From the IMG/VR virus record IMGVR_UViG_2529293040_000020: DNA of 34,620 nucleotides. The stretch is one strand, 5' to 3'. Positions 1-8,379 of the stretch are shown here, one piece after another. Below the pieces are notes generated by a model, which saw only the letters and a list, made by a program, of their open reading frames with translations, was not told the origin of the DNA and ran no database searches. Made by a program: the position numbers and the translations under genes. Each line of letters begins with the position of its first letter. The stretch's first letter is position 1. Origin of the DNA: a virus (lineage: Duplodnaviria > Heunggongvirae > Uroviricota > Caudoviricetes).

Positions 1-387
1 TCAATGGGTGGTTTCCCAGACGGGAAACCAGGTATGCAGCCATTCGGGTTTTTCTTTGTGAGTTGTAGCTGCAATATCTCCATTTTTCAGTCGCGTGTCC
101 TGTATTTTCAGATATCGATCAACCCATGCCTTTAATCTGATACCCCGACGTTTTGTTGCTGACGGACTTTCATCAATTTTGCGCATGAAATATTCAGCTT
201 CTGCTGCAGCTATTCGCTGATTGGCTGTGGAAGCGATTTTTTCTGCCTTACCTTTGTCTGTTCCGAGTCCGTGAAATTTTCCAGTCACAGGATTTTTATA
301 CTGGTAGTAAACTCTGCCAGTTCTGCGATCAAACTTTTCGTAAAGACCGGCTACGTCAGTGCTGTTTTTTCGTGGCCTCGGTGACAT
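1..387 (-). CDS. int: Lambda-family integrase, N-terminal (arm-binding) part only; ORF stops at window edge, rest of integrase appears to continue in another frame outside the window
   Basis: Translation MSPRPRKNSTDVAGLYEKFDRRTGRVYYQYKNPVTGKFHGLGTDKG... matches the N-terminal pattern of lambda Int (LY..NGYY.YRDPRTGK.FGLG.D); stop codon at 1-3; position at prophage end next to xis. Confidence 0.6.
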   Translation of the reverse strand: MSPRPRKNSTDVAGLYEKFDRRTGRVYYQYKNPVTGKFHGLGTDKGKAEKIASTANQRIAAAEAEYFMRKIDESPSATKRRGIRLKAWVDRYLKIQDTRLKNGDIAATTHKEKPEWLHTWFPVWETTH

Positions 388-634
388 GAGTTAAAATCTC
401 CTTCAGTGCATCATCATCGCCAGTATGAATTTCCGGCGCAATTCCCGTTTCACCAGGCCCAACAAATACTGCTCGGCGATCTATCAGCCAACGCCCACGA
501 ATTTTTTGTGGTCTTGGAACGATGTATCCTAGTTTTCCGTATTTCACCAGGGTAGTGTTTGTTATTGGGAGACTGAACCGTTTTGGTTTCCACTCGTCGA
601 GCGTTATCAGGTACTGTTCGCTCATGGCTATCAC
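356..634 (-). CDS. xis: Excisionase (lambda Xis-like)
   Basis: Motif YLITLDEW...GKLGYIVPRPQKIRGRWLIDRRAV resembles lambda Xis (YLTLQEW...REYLFHESAV); overlaps int start as in lambda. Confidence 0.6.
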   Translation of the reverse strand: MIAMSEQYLITLDEWKPKRFSLPITNTTLVKYGKLGYIVPRPQKIRGRWLIDRRAVFVGPGETGIAPEIHTGDDDALKEILTHVTEATKKQH

Positions 635-686
635 TCCGGAACGCGCCAGTTGCAGAATATCAACGACAACTGGCGACGGTTGAACA

Positions 687-2276
687 TTAAAAATCAGCCT
701 GATTCGGGATCAGTTTTTGCCAGATAGCTGAAACGTATTTTGCCTGGTGACGAGCGTCATCAAGTGCATTATGGCGCTCACCTTCGAATGGAATAGCCGT
801 TCTGGCATCGAAGTCTATGGCTTTCCCCAGCTCAACGATTGTGCGTACATCGCGATCGTTGTAGTAACGCCACGGGCAGGGGATCCCCTGCCGTTCGTAT
901 GAACGGCGCAAAATCGTGTTGTCGAAGTTGGCTCCATTTCCCCAAACCTGAACAAAAAATTCACCGGAGTTTTCGTCGATAAATTCCCGCAATTGTAACA
1001 GTGCATCATCTAACGGGATTTCATCGGTCATAATGGCAGATTGCGCTTCGCGTGATTGCTTAAGCCACCATTTAATGGTGTCCCGATCAATGACTCCGCC
1101 AGCAGTTTCCAGATCGATAGTCTTACTAAATTCCGGTCCCATATCTCCGGTTTGCGGATCGAAAAATATTGCACCTATTGAGATGATCGGGGCATCAGGA
1201 TTTTTTCCCATGGTTTCAAGGTCGATCATTAGATGGTCACACGTCCTGCTGGTGGATGTGATTTCGTGATGACCGTTCACCTTAATTGAGTGATCTGCCG
1301 TCTCGCCAGTCTCATTATCGCTATTGTGATGCTGATTGCCGCCAGTGTTCTCCTTGTGTGGATGCTCAGCGCCTTCCATTTCCTCCGGATCATCTTCCTG
1401 AACTTCAACCTGATACTCTTCATCGAATGTTTCCTGGTATGTTGCGTCGCCCATCACCGCACCACAATCAGGGCAGTTGCCGCCGCCGGTCTGACCGCAG
1501 GCGGTGCAGACTTTTTCCACTTCCTGTTGCACTACTGGTTCAGGTAGTTTCGTTTCTGGCTCGTTTTGTTGCGTATTTGGGCTGTTTTGTTCCGCTTTCT
1601 GGTCGTTCTGTTCCGTTTCTTGCTGGTTCTGGTTCACAGAATCGCGGGTTTCAATCCCCTTCACCCATTTCGGATCATTCGGATCGCTAACCCCTGCAAC
1701 AAATTCACCACGTGATACTGCAAGCAGTTCATCGGCGTCAGGCTGGCTGATATTGGCTGCCTGCATAATTTTGTTTACTTCGTCAGCGGTAACTTTTACC
1801 GGCCCTGGTTGTGCGGTCGTGTCAGATGCACCAGTATTTTGTTGTGAACCTGAGTATGTACCGTTTTTGCGGGCGAAATATTCTTCTTTCGTGATTTCAG
1901 TAGCCCCTGTAGCCAGTGCCTTATCCAGACCAGAAAGTTTGTTTGCGCGACCGTATTTTTCGCTATCCTTGTCGGTGAAGAGGAAGTAGAACGGCCCTTC
2001 ACGCTCTACAGATGGTTCGACTTCCACTTTGCATTCGGTTTTTTCGTTGTCCGGAATTGCCGTTTCCACTGCATCAGTTTCTGGTACTGGCGACGAGAGA
2101 GTATCAGTTGCGCTCTGATTTCTTCCTTCATCTTCAAACACGCCCTTTGTAGTCAGGTATTCAGTAATGTATTTGTTCAGTGCCACAGGGTCTTTGTGAA
2201 TGTCGATCGGACGTTCACGGACAAGGCCAAAAATAGTCTGGCGGTCGTAGCGAAGGGCATCAGGCTGTTTGCGCAT
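687..2276 (-). CDS. C-terminal part of a large recombination-module protein with DnaQ-like (DEDDh) 3'-5' exonuclease domain, Q/E-rich linker and CxxC...CxxC zinc ribbon
   Basis: Exonuclease motifs seen in translation: MIDLETMG (Exo I), WGNGANFDN (Exo II), HNALDDARHQAKY (Exo III); zinc ribbon CTACGQTGGGNCPDCG; reads on from the upstream ORF after a -1 shift at a T6/A6 run (2325-2330). Confidence 0.6.
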   Translation of the reverse strand: MRKQPDALRYDRQTIFGLVRERPIDIHKDPVALNKYITEYLTTKGVFEDEGRNQSATDTLSSPVPETDAVETAIPDNEKTECKVEVEPSVEREGPFYFLFTDKDSEKYGRANKLSGLDKALATGATEITKEEYFARKNGTYSGSQQNTGASDTTAQPGPVKVTADEVNKIMQAANISQPDADELLAVSRGEFVAGVSDPNDPKWVKGIETRDSVNQNQQETEQNDQKAEQNSPNTQQNEPETKLPEPVVQQEVEKVCTACGQTGGGNCPDCGAVMGDATYQETFDEEYQVEVQEDDPEEMEGAEHPHKENTGGNQHHNSDNETGETADHSIKVNGHHEITSTSRTCDHLMIDLETMGKNPDAPIISIGAIFFDPQTGDMGPEFSKTIDLETAGGVIDRDTIKWWLKQSREAQSAIMTDEIPLDDALLQLREFIDENSGEFFVQVWGNGANFDNTILRRSYERQGIPCPWRYYNDRDVRTIVELGKAIDFDARTAIPFEGERHNALDDARHQAKYVSAIWQKLIPNQADF

Positions 2277-3157
2277 TGATGCCGAGATACGCTTCCAGTC
2301 TTCGCGGTCGTTGTCGATAACTTCTTTTTTGCCCAGCGATGGATGCTGCCGTCAATGTTTCCGGCATCCACATCACCAGGCCAGAGAGCGTAGGCCAGTT
2401 CGTCATCCAGTGTTTTCCATGTCTGCTTGTATTCGCGATGAGTGGCAGCAATGACCGGGCTGATTTTTCCTGTTGAATTTTCAGTGTTCTGTTGATTGGC
2501 TCTGGCGCGGGCGAGATCAACAACAGACGTGTATTTTCCGGTTTCCTTGCGTTCACCTTCGCGACGTTTTTTCCAGATGCGCATCTCTGCCTGAATTTCG
2601 GGCCATTTGGCACCAGGCTTACATTTATGCTTAACCCACCCGATGGCATGCAGCTTAAGCTCCGGATACATGGCGTTAACTTCTGGCATTTTCATCAACG
2701 CTTCAACGATATGTCCGTCGAATGTTGCCATGTCTTCCTGCAACAATTCCTGTGCGCTAATCACCATATCAACGGTGATGTTTTCACATGTGTCGAACTT
2801 AACCATGACAGCGTTCTGTACTTCAGGGGCCAGCTTGTCAAAAGTGACGTTCATCGGATCGGATTCAGTCTCAACCGGGACAAAAGAAGCAGAATCCTCA
2901 TCCCAGCGGTTTTCCTGCATATATTCAGCATCCCATGAATCGAGGGCAGGGCGGGGTATGCCAGGTTTATCCTCGCAGACAATAAATTTATAAGCGCAGT
3001 CCTGAGCAGCCGGATAATGTTCCAGGAATTGCCAGTGAAATTTTGCTCGAGCACGGCGTTCGTCGCCAGCTTCAATGGCTGTGGCTACAGCCACAGCGCC
3101 TTCTTCCCTTGTTGCCAGTTCGTCAGGAATAGCGGCGCAAATAAAGACTTTACTCAT
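2177..3157 (-). CDS. N-terminal part of the same large exonuclease-domain protein (frame-shifted relative to 687-2276)
   Basis: ORF with GAGG RBS 9 nt upstream of ATG at 3157 (MSKVFICAAIPDEL...); last ~35 codons are low-complexity junk while the alternative frame reads as protein (LGKKEVIDNDREDWKRISASMRKQPDALRY...). Confidence 0.5.
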   Translation of the reverse strand: MSKVFICAAIPDELATREEGAVAVATAIEAGDERRARAKFHWQFLEHYPAAQDCAYKFIVCEDKPGIPRPALDSWDAEYMQENRWDEDSASFVPVETESDPMNVTFDKLAPEVQNAVMVKFDTCENITVDMVISAQELLQEDMATFDGHIVEALMKMPEVNAMYPELKLHAIGWVKHKCKPGAKWPEIQAEMRIWKKRREGERKETGKYTSVVDLARARANQQNTENSTGKISPVIAATHREYKQTWKTLDDELAYALWPGDVDAGNIDGSIHRWAKKKLSTTTAKTGSVSRHQCANSLMPFATTARLFLALSVNVRSTFTKTLWH

Positions 3158-3348
3158 TTGTTTTAACCTCATGACAGATTTAAGGATGAACAAATCCCTG
3201 CCATTGCTGGCATATAAGAATGAAACCGGATATTTATTACGAAACTGTTTTAAAGACCTGCCGGGATTTCGATATTATCCTGGTGAATAACTTTATCGAC
3301 CGGGTAACAGTTACCGGGAATTTTCTGTTCGGTTGCTGCAGTCATACA

Positions 3349-3441
3349 CTACTGCATTGTCCTGTGAACACTGACTGCAATATCAACTGGCTCTCCGGAA
3401 ACAAGAAAAACTGTCAGAACAAGCACAAATGCTGAATTCAT
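3349..3441 (-). CDS. Small hydrophobic peptide (30 aa), translationally coupled to upstream gene
   Basis: MNSAFVLVLTVFLVSGEPVDIAVSVHRTMQ; ATGA start/stop overlap with the preceding ORF at 3438-3441; in-frame TAG followed by a further 31-codon open frame. Confidence 0.3.
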   Translation of the reverse strand: MNSAFVLVLTVFLVSGEPVDIAVSVHRTMQ

Positions 3442-3626
3442 TGTGCACATCCTTTTGGCATCAGACGTAAACGAGCCAGCATTGAAACAATGCATATTTT
3501 ATTTAATAGCTCCCGTTCTTGTTTTCTCTTGTTAATGGCATCTTCAGTAAATACTGGGTTACTGATAGTGACACCAATTTCAAAACAACCTTCAGACGTA
3601 TTAACGTTTGGTAATAACGTTTTCAT
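3438..3626 (-). CDS. Hypothetical small protein (62 aa)
   Basis: ORF starting MKTLLPNVNTSEGCFEIG... with GAGGA RBS about 8 nt upstream; AT-rich. Confidence 0.35.
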   Translation of the reverse strand: MKTLLPNVNTSEGCFEIGVTISNPVFTEDAINKRKQERELLNKICIVSMLARLRLMPKGCAQ

Positions 3627-4194
3627 TATCGCGTCCTCAACAATGAATTTTGTGATGCAGTGCCTGGTGCCTCCAGGTGACGTTAACCAGTTAACAATTA
3701 ACGCCGGATACAGAGAATCCACCCATAACACTGTTTTTGGTTTTAACTGTTCCGCGTGCGCTCAGCCGCATTCACCACATCACAAAATTCACTTTAAAAA
3801 GGGCGGCAGAGCAGTCACGGAGTAAAACTGATACCGCCAAACGTCACCAGAAAATTGATAACAGAGGGCGTTGCAGCGGGGTTGTCACTTAAGCGTATGG
3901 TCAACCTGACAACCCGGTGTCCTCAACGGGGGAAGGAATAACCCCGCCATACTTACCGCCGCGCCATTTCGCGGATTGCCACAACCGGAAGCGCACGGTC
4001 GACGAAAATTTAACGACAGGCTATCTATGAACCAGCTACCTCGCCGTGCGCTTTCGCGTTATGGTCTGACTTTTCAGGGAAATATCCTTTCAGTAAACTG
4101 TCAGTGCCGGATGCTCACCCGTGTCCGGCGCACGCACTCCACCTCATCCGTGGAGAACTCCTTAATTACCAACCTTAGCTTCGTTGGTTAGCTA

Positions 4195-4413
4195 TTAACG
4201 CGGGTATGTAATCATTCTGGCAATGCTTAATGTCGCTGCTTTTTCCAGATTAGTGATATCCTGCTCCAGAGCGGACAGATTTTCAGCCTGCTTAGCCCTG
4301 GCTTCATTGGCCCATTTCAGATCCTGCGCTGCATTAATTTTCTGGCGCATCCACTCATAAAGTTCATCATCGGTATAGTCTGGCGCGATGATGACGGGTT
4401 CTCGTTTCTGCAT
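4195..4413 (-). CDS. Hypothetical early-operon protein (72 aa)
   Basis: ORF MQKREPVIIAPDYTDDELYEWMRQ... with GAGGAA RBS 5 nt upstream. Confidence 0.45.
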   Translation of the reverse strand: MQKREPVIIAPDYTDDELYEWMRQKINAAQDLKWANEARAKQAENLSALEQDITNLEKAATLSIARMITYPR

Positions 4414-4443
4414 ACTGATTCCTCGCGGTGCTGTTTCGCTTAT

Positions 4444-4821
4444 CAGCCGTTAGATTTTGCCGAACTGGAAAGTGCCTGTTTAAATTCGCTGAAGCTGAGA
4501 GCTTCTTCGCCTTCGGCAAGACCTTCGAAGTATTCTTCGTAAGCCTTTTCCATGATTGTGTCGAAATCCATATCACCCACCTGAATTTCTTTCCAGCCAG
4601 CGACGCGCTCCAGATTCGGTTTTAAACGTTTTGCTTTTGGTATACGTCATCGCGGTGAACGTACCGTCCTGGTTGGGGAACACGCCACATACCAGAGATT
4701 CGCTGTTGCCAAGATCGATAGTATCCATGTTGACCTCATTTCCCCTTAACGCCGGGGTAGCGGAACTGTTTGCTGAGAACACCGTGCGGTGTCTTGATGG
4801 ATCGTAATTTAGTTTTCTCAT
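4444..4821 (-). CDS. Hypothetical early-operon protein, apparently frame-shifted within an A/T-rich run (about 4620-4640)
   Basis: N-terminal frame MRKLNYDPSRHR...MDTIDLGNSESLV... stops at 4573; downstream frame continues as acidic protein-like sequence ...MDFDTIMEKAYEEYFEGLAEGEEALSFSEFKQALSSSAKSNG. Confidence 0.4.
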
Positions 4822-4919
4822 GAATATTGATCAAGTGCTTTTGATGATAAAACTCAATATTTAATGCAAAATAAAGCCAATACATTGAAATGTAAGGCTT
4901 TAAAATTTGTGAAGGGGGG

Positions 4920-5327
4920 TTATTGATGTTTGTTACGTTTGCGAGCTTCTAGTAGCTCGGTGAATAGGCGATTAAAATTCTCAACGCGGGCACGGAGTTC
5001 GCTGATTTGTGCTTGCTGCTCTGATTTTGGAAGTGCGCGATACAATCGCAACATCTCCAACTCATCTTCCGATAAGTCTAAGGCGCTGTTGAGTGCAACT
5101 GGTGGATCTGGTGTTTTATCCTCGTCACCAAACAGTATCCAAGTTGGTGAACATTGCAATACCTCAGCCAGGCGATGCAAATTTTGCCCGCGCGGGGCTG
5201 TATGGTCGCTTTCCCATAGTGAAATTGATGAGCCAGATACGCCAGCAGCTTTGCTTAAATCGTTTTGACTTAAACCAACCTGTTTGCGTCTTTCTCTAAT
5301 TCGTTGACCTAAAGTTTTCTCGTTCAT
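4920..5327 (-). CDS. dicA: DicA-like HTH (XRE family) prophage repressor
   Basis: 135 aa; LGQRIRERRKQVGLSQNDL...LQCSPTWILFGDEDK closely resembles E. coli DicA; divergent from a Cro-like gene. Confidence 0.75.
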   Translation of the reverse strand: MNEKTLGQRIRERRKQVGLSQNDLSKAAGVSGSSISLWESDHTAPRGQNLHRLAEVLQCSPTWILFGDEDKTPDPPVALNSALDLSEDELEMLRLYRALPKSEQQAQISELRARVENFNRLFTELLEARKRNKHQ

Positions 5328-5377
5328 ATTTAGATATCTTAATAACCCTTGACTTGAGATTCCTTGAGTGATTACTA

Positions 5378-5391
5378 TTGAGAAAACTCAA
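5378..5391. promoter_or_regulatory. Inverted repeat TTGAG-N4-CTCAA in the dicA/dicC-like divergent intergenic region; candidate operator
   Basis: ttgagaaaactcaa, with further TTGAG-containing half-sites (ccttgacttgag, ccttgagtg) at 5348-5370. Confidence 0.3.
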
Positions 5392-5404
5392 CTTTGGAGG
5401 GGTG

Positions 5405-5632
5405 ATGTTTAAATCAGACGTAATTAATTTTTATGGGACGAAAGCCAAAGTAGCGAAAGCTGCTGGTGTTGATCCATCTGCTGTTTCTCAATGGGGGGAA
5501 CTGGTTCCTGAAGGTCGCGCGATGCGCCTGCAAGAGGCATCCGGCGGGGAACTTCAGTACGACCCCAAAGTTTATGACGAATATCGTAAGGCAAAGCGGG
5601 CGGGGCGGTTGAACAATGAAAATCACCCCTGA
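5405..5632 (+). CDS. dicC: DicC-like (Cro-type) regulator
   Basis: MFKSDVINFYGTKAKVAKAAGVDPSAVSQWGELVPEGRAMRLQEASGGELQYDPKVYDEYRKAKRAGRLNNEN resembles DicC; GGAGG RBS upstream of ATG 5405. Confidence 0.7.
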   Translation: MFKSDVINFYGTKAKVAKAAGVDPSAVSQWGELVPEGRAMRLQEASGGELQYDPKVYDEYRKAKRAGRLNNENHP

Positions 5633-6167
5633 ACAGGTTTGTGAGGCTCTGGATGCCTGGGTATGCCGACCAGGAATGACACAGGAGCAGGCGACGATAT
5701 TAATCACGGAAGCATTCTGGGCTCTGAAAGAACGCCCGAACATCGATGTTCAACGCGTCACGTTTAATGATGGCGAGGTTGATCAACGGGCGCTGTGCGT
5801 TAACCGGGTGAAGATATTCGAACGCTGGAAAGCTATCGACACCAGGGATAAGCGGAAAAAATTCACGGCGCTGATTCCGGCAATTATGGAGGCTATCCGA
5901 ATTAGTGATTTCAGGCTGTATCGTGAGATCAGTGATGGAAAAAGCATTACGTACATGATCGCCGGATTAAACAAAGAATATGGCGATGTGGTGGAGTCCG
6001 GGCTGCTTTTTGCGGATCCATCTGTTGTGGAACGTGAGACTGACGAGCTTATAGAAAAAGCTATTGCTTTCAAGCATGCGTATCGTCAGCAATATCAATA
6101 TTACTTTGCAGATAAACAAATGTCTGCCAGGGGTTCGTATGAGTATCGATGCACTACGATGGGCTAA
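5616..6167 (+). CDS. Hypothetical protein (183 aa) between cro-like and replication genes
   Basis: ORF tightly packed in operon (overlaps both neighbours); family not recognised. Confidence 0.45.
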   Translation: MKITPEQVCEALDAWVCRPGMTQEQATILITEAFWALKERPNIDVQRVTFNDGEVDQRALCVNRVKIFERWKAIDTRDKRKKFTALIPAIMEAIRISDFRLYREISDGKSITYMIAGLNKEYGDVVESGLLFADPSVVERETDELIEKAIAFKHAYRQQYQYYFADKQMSARGSYEYRCTTMG

Positions 6168-7179
6168 AAAGGTGAAAACCGGCAGTTCATCCAGTAAGTC
6201 TGTATTGACCTGGCTTGCTGATATGTGCGGTGCCGATTTGTGTGCATACCCGTCTGTATCTGCACTGGCAGAAGTAACGGAACTGAACAAAAAGACTGTG
6301 CAGGACAGCTTACGACACCTGATGGAGATTGGGTTAATTGTTGATACCGGTGAGAGAAAAGGCAGAACAAAGCAAATTGTGGTGTACCGACTTATCGGTG
6401 TAGAAGAAAGTGTTGCCGAGCCTGAATACACCCAAAAACGGGAGTCTTTAAAGGTGGGTAAAATCGGTGCTGTTAATAAAAACAGTACCGAAAATGGTTA
6501 TGTTTCAGCACAAAACAGACCCAAAAACGGAACTCTTAGCTGCATGGAAAATAACCAAAGACACCCAAATTTTCCATCAAAGACACCCAAAAACGGATCA
6601 CGGAACCCAAAGGAACCCAAAGAGCTAAACCCCACACATAACGCACGCGAGAGTGCTCCGACCAGTGAGCAGAAAGTTTTGTCGTTACAGGCTGCACCTC
6701 CTGTATTCCTGGATGGCCTGAGCGAACCCATCGAAAAATTTCCGATGACCGATAGCTGGTATTCGTCACGGGATTTTCGACGACGGGCTGCGTTGTGGGG
6801 GATGGCTTTGCCGGAGACAGAATTCACACCTGCTGAACTTGCCGCCTTCCGGGACTACTGGGCTGCTGAGGGGAAAGTGTTTACGCAGATTCAGTGGGAG
6901 CAGAAATTCGCCCGTCACGTAAATCACGTCAGGGCGCAGGTTAAACCAGTCAGCAAGGGGGTAAACCATGCAGCAGCACCAGGTGACACCGCATCACGGG
7001 CAGTTCAGGAAATTCGGGCAGCACGTGAGCAGTGGGAACGTGAAAACGGATTTATCAGCGACGGAAACGGCCTGGAAGCTGTGGGAACTCATGGGGGAGG
7101 TTTATTCGAACCGCTGGACCCAGAAGAACGGGGCCGCACCTTCGAAGCTCTGGATTGCACAGATTGGTGCGATGACTGA
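6139..7179 (+). CDS. Replication initiation protein, O-like: N-terminal winged-helix domain plus DnaT-like C-terminal region; 3' boundary uncertain
   Basis: MSIDALRWAKKVKTGSSSSKSVLTWLADMCGADLCAYPSVSALAEVTEL (HTH_36-like) and ...FTPAELAAFRDYWAAEGKVFTQIQWEQKFARHVNHV (DnaT-like); position upstream of P. Confidence 0.55.
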   Translation: MSIDALRWAKKVKTGSSSSKSVLTWLADMCGADLCAYPSVSALAEVTELNKKTVQDSLRHLMEIGLIVDTGERKGRTKQIVVYRLIGVEESVAEPEYTQKRESLKVGKIGAVNKNSTENGYVSAQNRPKNGTLSCMENNQRHPNFPSKTPKNGSRNPKEPKELNPTHNARESAPTSEQKVLSLQAAPPVFLDGLSEPIEKFPMTDSWYSSRDFRRRAALWGMALPETEFTPAELAAFRDYWAAEGKVFTQIQWEQKFARHVNHVRAQVKPVSKGVNHAAAPGDTASRAVQEIRAAREQWERENGFISDGNGLEAVGTHGGGLFEPLDPEERGRTFEALDCTDWCDD

Positions 7180-7633
7180 GCAGAAAATCCGACAGGTCTG
7201 CCGCCAGTGCATGGACCGCTGCCGGGCGGGTGAAACATGGCCTCCGGACCTGGCTGAGTTTGTGGCGCTGATTTCTGAAAGCGGAGCCAATCCATTCGGT
7301 CTGACGGTGGATGCCGTGATGGAGGAGTACCGTCGCTGGCGCAACGAGTCCTGGCGATACGACGGGAGCGATAAATACCCGTGGTCTCAGCCTGTGCTGT
7401 ATCACATTTGCCTCGAGATGCGTTCAAAGGGGATTGAGCGGCAGATGACCGAAGGGGAGTTAAAACGGCTTGCAGAACGGCAGCTGACGAAATGGGCAAA
7501 GCATGTTAGTAACGGCCTGAGTGTTCCGCCAGTCCGGCGACAACTGGCGGCACCCAAACGCCCGTCGGGGCCAACGCCAATTGAGTTGCTGAAACAGGAA
7601 TATGAACGCCGGAAAGCGGCTGGGCTTGTCTGA
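6968..7633 (+). CDS. P: Replication protein P-like (helicase loader); start uncertain
   Basis: C-terminal two thirds align by eye to lambda P (EFVALISE..., YPWSQPVLYHICLEMRS, KRLAERQLTKWAKHV); AAGGGGG RBS before ATG 6968. Confidence 0.6.
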   Translation: MQQHQVTPHHGQFRKFGQHVSSGNVKTDLSATETAWKLWELMGEVYSNRWTQKNGAAPSKLWIAQIGAMTEQKIRQVCRQCMDRCRAGETWPPDLAEFVALISESGANPFGLTVDAVMEEYRRWRNESWRYDGSDKYPWSQPVLYHICLEMRSKGIERQMTEGELKRLAERQLTKWAKHVSNGLSVPPVRRQLAAPKRPSGPTPIELLKQEYERRKAAGLV

Positions 7634-7665
7634 GTTGAGAAGTAATTTTTACCGGGAGGAAATTT

Positions 7666-7940
7666 ATGGAGACTGTTTTTGACGCACTGAAAGCAATGGG
7701 AAAAGCCACATCCATAGAACTTGCTGCGCGCGTGAAGAAGTGCTGAACGAACTATGGGAACTGAAAAAGGCTGGTTTTGTTGATAAAAGCGCGTACACCT
7801 GGCGTGTGGCTGATAACAACGTTCAGCAGGAACAGCCAGCGCAGGCAGAACTGCCGGAAGAAACCACCACAATGAGTGAAGTTATGCAGCGCATACTGGC
7901 ATTTTATCAGGGAAATGTTCGATATTTTAGACGTTACTAG
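7666..7940 (+). pseudogene. Small winged-helix-like protein gene split by a 1-nt frameshift at about 7738-7746
   Basis: [26 protein letters not shown] then -1 frame [27 protein letters not shown]...; restoring one G gives a continuous ...[19 protein letters not shown]... domain; GGAGG RBS before 7666. Confidence 0.4.
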
Positions 7941-8335
7941 ATTAAAGAGCATTAGTTCAGATGTGAATTGACATTGTGTGGCACAGGGTTGGGCTAGCGT
8001 GGGGGTTTGCTTTGTGTAAGAAACGGATGCTCTGCAAATTACTACTAATGCTTAATGTTAGTCTGATCTGCTCCCCGATGATTAATACACCGCTATGTTA
8101 GTAATGTCTGTAGATCGCTGTGTGTTGCATCCATCGGTTGACCCCACAGTCCAAACCAGACTGTCAGCTTTGATTCGATTCTATCTACTCAACCTGTCAG
8201 GTAATGTCTGAGCTAATACACAGAGTACGGCTATCGCGAACTTTAAGCTAGGTATCTGATACGCACCGTTCACTTGGTCGTACTTCTTGCACTGACTAGC
8301 TATCGTGCGCAGTTATTTATAGGTAATCTCCAGTG

Positions 8336-8341
8336 TATAAT
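8336..8341 (+). promoter_or_regulatory. Consensus -10 hexamer TATAAT upstream of the 8380 gene
   Basis: gtgTATAATtttcc about 38 nt upstream of the ATG; no convincing -35. Confidence 0.25.
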
Positions 8342-8379
8342 TTTCCAACTTATGGGAGATTGTAAAACAGGAGGAATAT

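Noticed and set aside
815-2002. Plus- and minus-strand ORFs of 61-161 aa inside the exonuclease gene
   Set aside because: They lie in alternative frames of a recognisable protein-coding gene and have low-complexity translations; likely spurious.
3731-4195. Possible small RNA or nut-like structured region (hairpins near 4110-4135 and 4165-4190)
   Set aside because: The hairpins are short and lack T-tracts or recognisable boxA/boxB motifs; not enough to call a feature.
7402-7872. Minus-strand 156-aa ORF overlapping the end of P and the small winged-helix gene
   Set aside because: Antisense to better-supported genes and Cys/Arg-rich; likely spurious.
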